DNA of 64,000 bases from Candidatus Moraniibacteriota bacterium (GTDB lineage: Bacteria; Patescibacteriota; Minisyncoccia; Moranbacterales; UBA1568): positions 33,756 to 97,755 of the forward strand of contig CAVZUR010000005.1 of NCBI GenBank assembly GCA_963778555.1, given 5' to 3'. A program made the translations under genes and the position numbers. Position 1 is the first letter of the stretch; every line of letters begins with the position of its first letter. This document shows, piece after piece, positions 9,391 to 18,879 of the stretch. A model generated the notes under the pieces. It was not told the DNA's origin, made no database searches, and worked only from the letters and a program-made list of their open reading frames with translations.

Positions 9391-10479
9391 ATGGTCATCC
9401 ATGGCATCTTGGCCTTGTGCTGGCGCCGATTTGTCGCCCTAGCACTCGGTCTCGGCACTTCATTCGCTGTGTTGGCGAATGTTGTGGTCTATCCGGTGAA
9501 AACCGGTGATACGCTCTCGGCCATCGCCGAGCGGTTCTGCGGCGATTATGTCGCGATTGCACGTGACAATGGCATCGTCGATCCAAACCGAATCTATGCC
9601 GATCGGACAGTTCTGCGAATCACGGACCGTTGCGTCCGTACCGCTCCATCCGCCCCCTCGGTCACAGCAAAATCAGCTGTTTCCCCGAGGGAGTTCGCCG
9701 CAGTGGGCAGGGCTTCTTTGGGAAAACAATCAATCACTCCCAAAGCTCAGCCTCAGCCGCGAGTCGTCACGCGCATCGCTTCGGCTACTCAGCCGTCCCG
9801 TCCCGTCGTCATCGATGATGACGCAACCAAGCCGCTTTCAGTCGCCCGCCACCGCGAAATCTATCGCATTGTTGCGCTCCGCAACATCGATGCGAAGGAT
9901 CGGACCAGGGCACAGAACGCGGAGCTGGCTCGGCTCACGGCGCTCATCCGCCAAGAAGTACTCGCTCGCTATCGGTTGCCGAATGCGGATTGCCTGTATG
10001 CCAAGAATGATGGTAATAACTGGCGTGAACAGACGCTCGCTCGAGTGCGCTGTATCCGGCAGAATTACGGTGCTGTCATCGATGAAGTGGCAGCGAGCAA
10101 TCGGCTCCCTGCCGCGTATCTCGAGGCGGTCATCTTCATTGAGTCGGGTGGACAGCCGGATGCCATCTCATCGACGGGCTGCACCGGATTGAAGCAATTC
10201 ACCCAAAGCTCGGCCAAACTCTTTGGTCTCAAGGATCGCTTCGATCCGTTCGAGAGCCTCCGCGCCGGTGGCCGGCATCTCGCGGACAATCTTCGATTGT
10301 GGAAGGGCAATGTCGCCCAGGCGACCGCTCACTACAACATCGGCTCAGTCGTCGTGGGTGCTAAAGGGTTCAATGCTCAGGCATTCCCGTACACGCAGAG
10401 CGTGCTCCAAGTCCAGCGGCTGATCGAAACCGATCGCCGCGTCGTTGGTCAGTATCGCTCAGCGGTCCGATCACTCTAG
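9391..10479 (+). CDS. LysM domain-containing lytic transglycosylase (SLT domain)
   Basis: N-terminal hydrophobic anchor, LysM motif (YPVKTGDTLSAIAERF...IYADRTVL), and C-terminal SLT motif (ESGGQPDAISSTGCTGLKQFT). Confidence 0.8.
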   Translation: MVIHGILALCWRRFVALALGLGTSFAVLANVVVYPVKTGDTLSAIAERFCGDYVAIARDNGIVDPNRIYADRTVLRITDRCVRTAPSAPSVTAKSAVSPREFAAVGRASLGKQSITPKAQPQPRVVTRIASATQPSRPVVIDDDATKPLSVARHREIYRIVALRNIDAKDRTRAQNAELARLTALIRQEVLARYRLPNADCLYAKNDGNNWREQTLARVRCIRQNYGAVIDEVAASNRLPAAYLEAVIFIESGGQPDAISSTGCTGLKQFTQSSAKLFGLKDRFDPFESLRAGGRHLADNLRLWKGNVAQATAHYNIGSVVVGAKGFNAQAFPYTQSVLQVQRLIETDRRVVGQYRSAVRSL

Positions 10480-10529
10480 CCCGAACCGGGCACCATCCGA
10501 AGCGGGGCACTCGACCCCTCAAGGAAGCT

Positions 10530-10569
10530 AGCTCGTCATGCATGTTGCAGACGAGCTTTCATTTTTTTA
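10530..10569 (+). terminator. rho-independent terminator
   Basis: AGCTCGTC-12-nt loop-GACGAGCT followed by TTCATTTTTTTA. Confidence 0.6.
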
Positions 10570-10775
10570 CTCTCGAAGGCGGGTCGGGCTCGCATGCTAC
10601 ACTTTTCCTAGAGCGTATTTCAAAAATAGTTTTGTAACGCTTTGCTGGTGTTTTCGAGCGAAACATCTAGGGATTGAGGAGGGCTACCGAGTGGTAACCC
10701 GACGAAATCCATGGATGGTGCAGCCGAAAACGACGGAAAGTAAGTCAAAGATTATTTTTGAGATAGGCTCTAAAT

Positions 10776-11501
10776 ATGGAATACCGATTTACTGGCATTA
10801 TGCTGCGGAAGCGCGAAGTAGGCGAGACGGACCGTTTTTATACTTTTTTCTCCCGCGAACAAGGCAAAGTGACCGCTATCGCCAAGGGCGTTCGAAAAGC
10901 CGAGGCGAAATTGGCGAGTTCACTCGAGACAGCGACCCTGGCCGAGATCATGGTGGCGCGAACGCGCGGAGTCGGGAAAATCACCGGCGCCGTGCTTGAG
11001 GAATCATATCCGGCAGTCCATCGCTCATACGAGTGCATTCGCGGCCTAACGCGTTTCTTCTCGGATGTTGATCGGCTTGTCGAAGCAGAAGAGAAGGATG
11101 AAATTCTTTTCATGTTGCTCAAAACATATTTAGAAACGGCCGAACATCTCATCGCAGACGGAAAAGCCATCCAACAGAACCGGATTCTAACTGAGGCGAC
11201 ATACTACCAGCTCTTCGCACTGCTCGGCTATCAGCTGGAACTGTCCGTTTGCGTCATCTCGCATGAGCGTCTCCGTTCTGGCGACCGGTTTTTCGTCAGC
11301 TTGGAAGCTGGCGGTATTGTTTCAGAAGCGCACGTGCGGGATGTGAGAGACGCACAGCCCGTGTCGGAGAACGCGATTAAAGCCCTCCGGCTCATGGTGC
11401 GAGAGCCGCTGCAACATATCCCGAAAATCGTCGTTGATGACAAAACACTTGAGGAGATTTCCCGACTTCGGACCATGTATCGTCGTTGGATCCGCGAGTA
11501 A
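10776..11501 (+). CDS. recO: DNA repair protein RecO
   Basis: RecO N-terminal OB-fold signature (MEYRFTGIMLRKREVGETDRFYTFFSREQGKV) and length (241 aa). Confidence 0.8.
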   Translation: MEYRFTGIMLRKREVGETDRFYTFFSREQGKVTAIAKGVRKAEAKLASSLETATLAEIMVARTRGVGKITGAVLEESYPAVHRSYECIRGLTRFFSDVDRLVEAEEKDEILFMLLKTYLETAEHLIADGKAIQQNRILTEATYYQLFALLGYQLELSVCVISHERLRSGDRFFVSLEAGGIVSEAHVRDVRDAQPVSENAIKALRLMVREPLQHIPKIVVDDKTLEEISRLRTMYRRWIRE

Positions 11502-13498
11502 AGAGCTTTCATGCGGCCTCGGGCTCTGATAAGATAGAGAAAAACACACACCCTGCTATGTCACTTGCGGATATCAATGAGGAAATTCATCGCCGCAGCC
11601 GCGAGACTGAGGCAGTCGCTCCTGGTGAAGCGCCGCGGTCAGCGCCGCCGTCGATTATGCCGCCGACGTCGTCGGAACCGATTCCCGAAGTGCCGCTGGG
11701 CGTTGCCTGGGGCGGCCAAGAGAAGCACGATGAACCGGTTGCGCCGGGCCTGAAGCTGCGCAATCCTTTTTCCCGACTGCCGAAAAAGATCGCATTGATA
11801 CTTGGTGGCGTGGCGATCCTCGCGGTCAGCGCCACCCTCCTGTTCAAGGGTGGAAGCTGGCTGTTTGTCCCAGAGAACGTCAAGGTGACTATCGAAGGAC
11901 CGAAACGTGTGGAAAGTAATGCGACCGCTGAGTACCTGATCCGGTATGAGAATAACAACTGGGTCGACCTTACGGATGCGGAACTTATCATCAGCTATCC
12001 CGAGATGTTTCACCTGGCCCCGATGGAGGGTCTCGAGGTAAGCGCTTCGCGCGCCGTTCTCACACTCGGGACTGTGAAAAAGTCGAGTCTGAATAGTCTC
12101 GTGCTCAAGGGTTCATTCCAATCGCTACAGGATCAGGTCGCACTTTTTACGGCTACTTTGCGTGCCGCACCCGAAGGTGTCGAGAGTCGAATCGATGCCA
12201 GCTATCAATACAGCGTCGCTATCGAAAGTTCGGCTCTTGTAGTCGAGCTCGTGGCACCATCGCAAGCGGGCGATGGTCAATTTGTCGACTATGTCGTAAC
12301 GTATCGCAATGAGAACACCGAGCGTATCGACAATCTCGAGCTGCGCCTCGACTATCCCTCAGGATTTACAGCCGCCGATCCGAGCGTACCGCCGGTACGG
12401 GGAGACAATGCTTGGAGTATCAGCGGGCTTGATCCGGGGGAGTCAGGTGTGATTACTATCCGCGGAACAATGGCCGGTGCTCAGGGCGACGTCAAGCGGG
12501 TCAAGGCGAGACTAGGCATTCCGCAGGGCGACGGGACACTTCTCTCGTATGCCGAAATCGAGCGCCAGACACGGGTTGTCGCCTCGCCGCTGGTGATTTT
12601 CCAAAAGATAGGGACGGAGGAAAAGAAATCCGTCTTACCAGGCGAGCGGATTCCCTATCGTCTCGTGTTCCGGAATGACGGCGATGTTGGATTGCGCGAC
12701 CTGATCGTCACCGTGGATCTTGATCCGGCATATTTCGACGTCAGTGAGATCGACCTCGGCGATGGAGGAAATTATAATAGCGCGAAAAAGCAGGTCATCT
12801 TCCGCGCGTCCGACCGGAAGGTACTCTCGCTCATCGAGCCGGGCCGGAGTGGAGATATCAGTTTTTCCATCCCGGTTCGTTCTGATCTGGTGGGCTTTCG
12901 GATGAATAATATCGAACTTGAATCGATTGCACGGATCGATAGTCCCGATGTGCCGACGCCAATCGGCGCCAACAAGATTGTTGGTAGCAACCGGATTGCC
13001 TTCAAGGTGAAGACGGATCCGGTGCTCCAGCTCCAGGGCTATCACTTCGATAGTCATGGCAATATCGGACCGGTGCCCCCAATTGTTGGGCAGGAGACTA
13101 CCTATACGCTATTATTGCGCGTCGGGAGCACATTCAACGCGATCGATGACGCGCGTGTTGTGCTCGCGATCCCCGGCCAGGTACGCTACCTAAAGACGCA
13201 TGCGGTCGGCCAGGGAGCAGTCGTGTATAATGATCGGACTGGTGAAATTGCCTGGAATATCGGCACCCTTCCGCCCGGTACGGATCGGCTGACTGAGCTC
13301 GCCATTCAGGTTGGGTTTACGCCTGATCCGAGCCAGGTTGGCGCTGAGGCGAAGATTGTAAACTCAGCTACCTTCACTGGCCGAGACCTCTGGACTGAGG
13401 AGGCGGTTTCAAAAAATCTTCCGAGCAAGAATATCCGGTTCTCCGAAGATCCTCAATTGATGGATCTCCGCGGGGGCGAAGTCCAGAAGGCGATCTGA
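11486..13498 (+). CDS. membrane-anchored hypothetical protein with tandem beta-sandwich (DUF11/CARDB-like) repeats
   Basis: Single TM segment (IALILGGVAILAVSATLLF) then repeated segments about 110 aa long (…LDYPSGFTAADPS…GLDPGESGVITIRG…). The start is uncertain: an internal Met around 11558 is also possible. Confidence 0.5.
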   Translation: MDPRVKSFHAASGSDKIEKNTHPAMSLADINEEIHRRSRETEAVAPGEAPRSAPPSIMPPTSSEPIPEVPLGVAWGGQEKHDEPVAPGLKLRNPFSRLPKKIALILGGVAILAVSATLLFKGGSWLFVPENVKVTIEGPKRVESNATAEYLIRYENNNWVDLTDAELIISYPEMFHLAPMEGLEVSASRAVLTLGTVKKSSLNSLVLKGSFQSLQDQVALFTATLRAAPEGVESRIDASYQYSVAIESSALVVELVAPSQAGDGQFVDYVVTYRNENTERIDNLELRLDYPSGFTAADPSVPPVRGDNAWSISGLDPGESGVITIRGTMAGAQGDVKRVKARLGIPQGDGTLLSYAEIERQTRVVASPLVIFQKIGTEEKKSVLPGERIPYRLVFRNDGDVGLRDLIVTVDLDPAYFDVSEIDLGDGGNYNSAKKQVIFRASDRKVLSLIEPGRSGDISFSIPVRSDLVGFRMNNIELESIARIDSPDVPTPIGANKIVGSNRIAFKVKTDPVLQLQGYHFDSHGNIGPVPPIVGQETTYTLLLRVGSTFNAIDDARVVLAIPGQVRYLKTHAVGQGAVVYNDRTGEIAWNIGTLPPGTDRLTELAIQVGFTPDPSQVGAEAKIVNSATFTGRDLWTEEAVSKNLPSKNIRFSEDPQLMDLRGGEVQKAI

Positions 13499-13529
13499 TG
13501 GCTGATCGATATATAACGAGAGAGGAAAT

Positions 13530-14642
13530 ATGGCCGGTTGGAGCGTTTCGAGAAAAATAATCGTGCAGACGAGAAACGGCGCCGTACGGACGCCGGTTTT
13601 CATGCCCATCGCGACGCGCGGCGCAGTGAAGCATCTCACGACGGATGAGCTTCTTGCGTTGGGTGCAGAAATCGTCCTCGGCAATACCTATCACCTGTGG
13701 CTGCGGCCGGGCGACGAGCTCATCGCGCGGGCCGGCGATCTCCACTCGTTCATGCGTTGGAATGGTCCTATCCTGACCGACTCCGGCGGCTTTCAGGTCT
13801 TTTCTCTTGGAGCGCGCGCCGCCGAGCGTTTTGGGAAAAACGGCGTAAAGCTTTCCGAAGAAGGTGTCGCGTTCCAGGACCCGACGAATGGCAATGGTTA
13901 TTTCCTTTCGCCAGAAAAATCGATTGATATCCAGCTCAATCTCGGATCGGACATCATGATGGTCCTGGACGAATGTCCGCCGTATCCCTGCACCAGAGAG
14001 TATGCGCTTTCATCGCTTGAGCGGACCATGCGTTGGGCGGCCCGGGCGAAAGCACATTTCGAAAAACGCGTCATCGAGCTCAGCCTGCAAGAGAAGCGAC
14101 CGCTGCTCTTCGGGATTGTCCAAGGGTCGGTCTATCCGGAACTCCGAGAACAGAGCGCACGCGGGCTTGTCGCAATCGGTTTCGACGGTTATGCCATCGG
14201 CGGCGTGGCAGTGGGCGAGCCGCGCGAAACCTTGCCCGCTGTCCTTGCGGCGACATTGCCATTTCTACCGGAGGACAAGCCGCGCTATCTGATGGGTCTC
14301 GGCCGACCGGAGGAGATCGTCGCGGCCGTCCGGGCCGGGGTGGATATGTTCGATTGCGTCATCCCGACGCGCGAAGGGCGGCATGGCCGGCTTTTCTATT
14401 GGACGGGGACGCCGCTCGATACGAACGGGAGTTTCTATTCGACGAAGAATCTGACGAGCGATGAGTTCCGCGAGGACTTCTCACCGATTGACGCCGACAG
14501 CCCGGTTATTGCGCTTCGTGAATACTCCAAAGCCTATCTCCGTCATCAGTTCGCGATGGCTGAACCCTTGGCGGGACGTCTCGCCACGCTTCACAATCTG
14601 GCTTTCTATCTCGGTCTCATGCAAAAGCTTCGGGAGGAATAA
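13530..14642 (+). CDS. tgt: queuine tRNA-ribosyltransferase (tRNA-guanine transglycosylase)
   Basis: Tgt motifs PVFMPIATRGAVKHLT, LGNTYHLWLRPG, ILTDSGGFQVFSL and CxC..C zinc site. Confidence 0.9.
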   Translation: MAGWSVSRKIIVQTRNGAVRTPVFMPIATRGAVKHLTTDELLALGAEIVLGNTYHLWLRPGDELIARAGDLHSFMRWNGPILTDSGGFQVFSLGARAAERFGKNGVKLSEEGVAFQDPTNGNGYFLSPEKSIDIQLNLGSDIMMVLDECPPYPCTREYALSSLERTMRWAARAKAHFEKRVIELSLQEKRPLLFGIVQGSVYPELREQSARGLVAIGFDGYAIGGVAVGEPRETLPAVLAATLPFLPEDKPRYLMGLGRPEEIVAAVRAGVDMFDCVIPTREGRHGRLFYWTGTPLDTNGSFYSTKNLTSDEFREDFSPIDADSPVIALREYSKAYLRHQFAMAEPLAGRLATLHNLAFYLGLMQKLREE

Positions 14643-14645
14643 GAA

Positions 14646-14677
14646 AAGCCCGCTGTCCGGTTAGAGAGAGCGGGCTT
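14646..14677. terminator. hairpin terminator between convergent tgt and the minus-strand operon
   Basis: AAGCCCGCT-14-nt loop-AGCGGGCTT; A-rich on the + side means T-rich for the minus-strand transcript. Confidence 0.5.
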
Positions 14678-14698
14678 GCTGAGCGGCTGAAGCGCGGT

Positions 14699-15061
14699 TC
14701 AGGCCGGTGTTCGTTCACGGGCGTTGAGAGCCAGCATGTTGCCAGTCAGCGTCCGAAGGAGCGTGATGCGAAAGGCACGCATCTCGGCCTCTGTAGACGA
14801 AACAGGTGCGGCGCTCGTCATGCAATCCACGAGCGAGTCGGTGAGTCGCCGCGCTTCTTCTTCGAAGAGCGTGGCGAGGCCGGTGTCGTTTTTGTGTTTG
14901 AGGTGCTCGCGCAGGCGAGGAATCGTGTCCAGGAAATGGATGCCAGCAATCTGCTCCACCAGCGTCCAGGGGATTTCGATTCGTTCCGTCACGAGTTTCC
15001 GGAGATGGACGACGGCCTTTTTTGGGTCGTCGATTCGGTCGTACGAGGGATATACGTTCAT
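14699..15061 (-). CDS. hypothetical protein (120 aa), last gene of minus-strand operon
   Basis: Clean ORF with AGGAGA RBS 8 nt upstream of the ATG; no recognisable family. Confidence 0.5.
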   Translation of the reverse strand: MNVYPSYDRIDDPKKAVVHLRKLVTERIEIPWTLVEQIAGIHFLDTIPRLREHLKHKNDTGLATLFEEEARRLTDSLVDCMTSAAPVSSTEAEMRAFRITLLRTLTGNMLALNARERTPA

Positions 15062-15074
15062 GGCGGTCTCCTGG

Positions 15075-15461
15075 TTACACGAGGGCGAAATCGATTTTGA
15101 CCTTTACGGTCGCCAGCGTCTCCATCAGCTGGATGAGCGCGTCCCAGCGCCGGAATTTTTCTCCGGCACGGATACTCCCAATGCCGCCGTGTTTCATGCT
15201 GGCTACGAAAGCGGCCTTCTCTTTTTCTGTCATGGCCAGCAGCTCTCGCCTCGCCGCCACGACGGCACCGAGCTGCGCATACAGCATGAGGAACACGGGT
15301 GTTTTTCCCGGCCCCATGAATTCCGGGATGATGTATTCCCGGACCAATCCGAGCCAATGGAAGGCCCCGATCCGTTCGCCCTGTGAGGTTCTCATCCTGA
15401 GAATCTCGAGGTGCATTTGCAGCTCCTCGCAGGGATGATGTGTCGTTTCGGCAGTTGTCAT
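15075..15461 (-). CDS. hypothetical protein (128 aa)
   Basis: C-terminal part of the longer 15075-15971 ORF. The Met at 15461 overlaps the stop of the upstream gene as ATGA. The N-terminal extension of the long ORF is Arg/Pro-rich junk. Confidence 0.45.
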   Translation of the reverse strand: MTTAETTHHPCEELQMHLEILRMRTSQGERIGAFHWLGLVREYIIPEFMGPGKTPVFLMLYAQLGAVVAARRELLAMTEKEKAAFVASMKHGGIGSIRAGEKFRRWDALIQLMETLATVKVKIDFALV

Positions 15462-15898
15462 GTGGATCTCCGAGTGAAGGGAAGGTGGAATTCGGTTCGG
15501 ACGAACCGAGAGGGGAGGCAGTAGCGCGACAGGATGTGGATGCTCTCGGCGAGACAGAGGGCGAGAAAGGCGATGAGGCCGATCGTCAGACCGATGCCGA
15601 ATGCGAGCGCCCACTGCCCGAGAGTGTCCGATGGTACGAGCGGGGCGATGGTACGGAACCACAGTCTGAACCAGGGCGCTACCGGGAGATGGAGCGTGAG
15701 ATAGATCACGAGGATAGCTGCCAGCCATCCGGGCTCGCACTCGTCTGTCGTGTGTCTCGGTTGCGGCTGAGCGGCAGGCCCTGGTGGCCACAACACGATA
15801 CCGCTCCGGATAACCAGAGTGGAAACGAGGGCGCTGCCGATGATGAGCACCCAGCCGAGGGTGGTGTACTCGAATGCAGGAGCGATTTCGTTGCTCAT
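15458..15898 (-). CDS. integral membrane protein, ~4 TM helices (146 aa)
   Basis: Start MSNEIAP preceded by GAGGTGG RBS; hydrophobic segments through most of its length; ATGA overlap with the upstream gene. Confidence 0.5.
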   Translation of the reverse strand: MSNEIAPAFEYTTLGWVLIIGSALVSTLVIRSGIVLWPPGPAAQPQPRHTTDECEPGWLAAILVIYLTLHLPVAPWFRLWFRTIAPLVPSDTLGQWALAFGIGLTIGLIAFLALCLAESIHILSRYCLPSRFVRTEFHLPFTRRST

Positions 15899-16107
15899 GA
15901 GACCACCTCGTCGTTTCGCCATTCGTGGCGGCAGTCGAGACAGCCGTAGAGCGGACTGTGCAGCAGGGCAAAACGGATCATATCCGTGTTGAGGCTCCGG
16001 CAGGCCGGGCAGGCCGTATCCGGGCACCAAGCGCGCCAGAAACCGTACAGGACTGCCAGCGCGATGAGGAGAGCGATACCTGGGCCGATGTACGACATGA
16101 GATTCAT
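15895..16107 (-). CDS. small membrane protein with C-terminal zinc-ribbon (CPxxxCPxC...CxxC), 70 aa
   Basis: AGGAG RBS before ATG; N-terminal TM helix then a 5-Cys cluster, 4 of them in a zinc-ribbon arrangement. Confidence 0.5.
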   Translation of the reverse strand: MNLMSYIGPGIALLIALAVLYGFWRAWCPDTACPACRSLNTDMIRFALLHSPLYGCLDCRHEWRNDEVVS

Positions 16108-16257
16108 GTGGACTCCTTGTGTTGGTGTAGGGACTTGAGTTGAAGAAACTGCCTAAACAGGCTAGGATAGCCTAAGAATACGCAGCGTTGGATTGTTAAA
16201 GAATTCTATTATCCTACACGTTTTACTTGGTATTGTCAAGTCTCAGCGCTCGAAACT

Positions 16258-17595
16258 ATGTCTGAAAAACAAGCTGGTCTGATGGAAAAAATCATCTCGC
16301 TCTGCAAGCGGCGCGGTTTCGTGTTTCCGGGAAGCGAGATCTATGGTGGGTTGGCGAACAGCTGGGACTACGGTCCCTATGGAGCACAGCTGAAAAAGAA
16401 CATCAAAGACCATTGGTGGAAGTTCTTCGTTGAGTCTCGCGATGACATGGTCGGCCTCGACGCGGCCATCATCATGAATCCGAAAGTCTGGGAGGCGAGC
16501 GGGCATGTCGCTAACTTCACTGACCCTTTGGTGGAGTGTAAAAAATGCCACCACCGTTTTCGTGCTGACCAGATTGATATCTCAAAAGATTGTCCAGACT
16601 GTAAAGGGGAGCTGACTGAGCCGAAGCAGTTCAATATCCTCATGAAGACGTTTTTGGGTGCGGTCGAAGACTCCAAGGAGGTGGCTTATCTTCGTGGAGA
16701 AACTGCTCAAGCCATGTTCATCGATTTCCCAGCGGTTCAGCAGATGAGCCGGAAAAAGTTGCCCTTTGGCGTGGCGCAAAGCGGCAAAGCATTCCGGAAT
16801 GAGATCACGCCGGGCAATTTCATCTTCCGGACGCGCGAATTCGATCTGATGGAATTCGAATATTTCTTTGATCCGAAGAAGTCAGATTGGAAGGAGCTTT
16901 TCGAAAAATGGAAGACAGAGATGGAGATGTGGATGGAGGTTGTGGGCATCGATGTGGCCAAGACGCACGCCGTTGATATTCCAGACGGGGAGCGCGCGCA
17001 TTACTCCAAGCGCACCATCGATTTTGAATTTGACTACCCGTTCGGACAGAAAGAACTGTTTGGCCTCGCGTATCGCGGTGACTATGATCTGGAACAGCAT
17101 GAGAAGGCGAGTGGACAAGAACTTCACTATCTCGATCCAGATACGAATGAGAAAGTCCGTCCGCATGTCATCGAGCCGGCATTCGGAACCGATAGGGCAA
17201 TGCTCGCCATTCTTCTCTCGGCCTTTGAGGAGCAGCCGCTCGATGGTGATGACGTTCGTACTGTACTTCATCTCAAGCCTGCCATCGCTCCGGTACAGGT
17301 GGCAGTATTTCCACTCATGAAAAACAAGCCCGAGCTCGTCGCCAAGGCGCGTGAGGTGTACGATATGCTCCGCCAGACATTCCGTGTCGAGTTTGATGAC
17401 AATGGCAATGTGGGCAAGCGCTATCGCCGTCAGGACGAAATTGGAACCCCGTACTGCGTCACCGTTGATTTCGATACGCTCGGTGAAAATCCTGAGCTCG
17501 CCGGCACCGTCACCGTCCGCGATCGCGATAGCATGAAACAAGAACGAGTGAAGATCGAAGACCTCACTGAATTTTTCCAGACTAACCTGAAATAA
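16258..17595 (+). CDS. glyQS: glycyl-tRNA synthetase (dimeric class II, GlyQS-type)
   Basis: 445 aa with GlyRS N-terminus (RRGFVFPGSEIYGGLANSWDYGPYG) and class II motifs. Confidence 0.95.
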   Translation: MSEKQAGLMEKIISLCKRRGFVFPGSEIYGGLANSWDYGPYGAQLKKNIKDHWWKFFVESRDDMVGLDAAIIMNPKVWEASGHVANFTDPLVECKKCHHRFRADQIDISKDCPDCKGELTEPKQFNILMKTFLGAVEDSKEVAYLRGETAQAMFIDFPAVQQMSRKKLPFGVAQSGKAFRNEITPGNFIFRTREFDLMEFEYFFDPKKSDWKELFEKWKTEMEMWMEVVGIDVAKTHAVDIPDGERAHYSKRTIDFEFDYPFGQKELFGLAYRGDYDLEQHEKASGQELHYLDPDTNEKVRPHVIEPAFGTDRAMLAILLSAFEEQPLDGDDVRTVLHLKPAIAPVQVAVFPLMKNKPELVAKAREVYDMLRQTFRVEFDDNGNVGKRYRRQDEIGTPYCVTVDFDTLGENPELAGTVTVRDRDSMKQERVKIEDLTEFFQTNLK

Positions 17596-17608
17596 CTGAG
17601 AACTGATT

Positions 17609-18877
17609 ATGAATTACAAGAAACACACGCTCAAAAACGGGCTTCGCATTATCCTCGCGCCGATGCATGAGACGGAGACGGTGACGGTGCTCGTCATGAC
17701 GGGAGTAGGGAGTCGCTATGAGACGCGTCGGGAAAACGGCCTGGCACATTTCCTCGAGCATATGTTCTTCAAGGGGACGACGAAGCGTCCGACGGCGCTC
17801 GATATTTCCAAGGAGCTCGATGCGGTTGGGGCCGAATACAATGCCTATACTGGTAAAGACCGGACCGGTTACTATGCGAAAGTCGAAGCGCGCCATGCCG
17901 ACATCGCGCTCGATGTCGTCTCGGATATTTTCATGAATGCGAAAGTTGAGCAGGCCGAGATTGACCGCGAACGCGGCGCCATCATGCAGGAGATCAACAT
18001 GTACGAGGATATGCCGATGCGCCACATCAATGATTTGTGGGAGCTCCATCTCTATGGCGACACTCCTTTGGGTTGGGAAATCGTCGGACCCAAGTCGAAT
18101 ATCAAGCGGTTCAAACGCGTCGACTTTATGAAGTATCTCGCGCGCGGCTATGTGGCGGGCAATGTCGTCGTCGGTGTCGCGGGGAAAATGGATCCAAAGA
18201 AAATGAAGCGTGAGATCGAAAAGCGCTTCGCGCATATACGGCGTGGCAAAAAACCGACATTCAAGAAAGCGTCGGACAAGCAATCCGTACCGGGCGTCTT
18301 TCTCCAGCACAAAAAAACCGATCAGACCCATCTCCTTCTAGGGGTACGGACCTTCGACATGAATCACCCCGATCGGCACGCGCTCTCCGTCTTGGCGACC
18401 ATCTTGGGTGGTGGCATGTCATCGCGGCTTTTCCTGTCGGTCCGGGAGCGCCGCGGCCTCGCCTACAGCGTCCATACCTCGGCGGACAGCTATCATGATG
18501 CAGGTTACCTCGCGACGCAGTGCGGCGTGGAGCACGAGAATCTGGAGAAAACGATCGATGTTATCCTCGACGAGTACAAGAAAATCGCGACAGAGAAAGT
18601 CGGTCCCGAGGAATTGACCAAGGCCAAGGAATATATCAAAGGGAAGATCGCGATGGGGCTCGAGGGTTCAGACGATGTAGTAGAGTATCTCGTCAATCAA
18701 GAAACACTCAAAGGCAAGATCGTCTTACCGAAAGAACACGCCGCGAAGATCGATAAGGTAACGGCGGCTGATGTATTGCGAGTCGCGAAAGCCATCTTTG
18801 TGAATCAGAAACTTAACCTCGCCGTCGTCGGACCACATGCTCATCAAAAGGCGCTCGAGAAGTTGGTGAAACTCTAG
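17609..18877 (+). CDS. M16 family zinc metallopeptidase (pitrilysin-like)
   Basis: Inverted zinc motif HFLEHMFFKGT (HxxEH); 422 aa. Confidence 0.9.
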   Translation: MNYKKHTLKNGLRIILAPMHETETVTVLVMTGVGSRYETRRENGLAHFLEHMFFKGTTKRPTALDISKELDAVGAEYNAYTGKDRTGYYAKVEARHADIALDVVSDIFMNAKVEQAEIDRERGAIMQEINMYEDMPMRHINDLWELHLYGDTPLGWEIVGPKSNIKRFKRVDFMKYLARGYVAGNVVVGVAGKMDPKKMKREIEKRFAHIRRGKKPTFKKASDKQSVPGVFLQHKKTDQTHLLLGVRTFDMNHPDRHALSVLATILGGGMSSRLFLSVRERRGLAYSVHTSADSYHDAGYLATQCGVEHENLEKTIDVILDEYKKIATEKVGPEELTKAKEYIKGKIAMGLEGSDDVVEYLVNQETLKGKIVLPKEHAAKIDKVTAADVLRVAKAIFVNQKLNLAVVGPHAHQKALEKLVKL

Positions 18878-18879
18878 TT

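Noticed and set aside
10538-10999. 153-aa + strand ORF bridging the intergenic region into recO
   Set aside because: It starts inside the terminator and leader and overlaps recO out of frame, and its translation is Arg-rich with no domain.
14724-15386. 220-aa + strand ORF and the 99-aa ORF at 15058-15357 over the minus-strand operon
   Set aside because: They are antisense to well-formed minus-strand genes with RBS and ATGA coupling, and their translations are Arg/Ser-rich with no features.
15462-15971. Upstream part of the 298-aa minus ORF 15075-15971 (Arg/Pro/His-rich)
   Set aside because: Only the C-terminal 128 aa after the Met at 15461 looks protein-like. The upstream part overlaps the membrane-protein gene in another frame.
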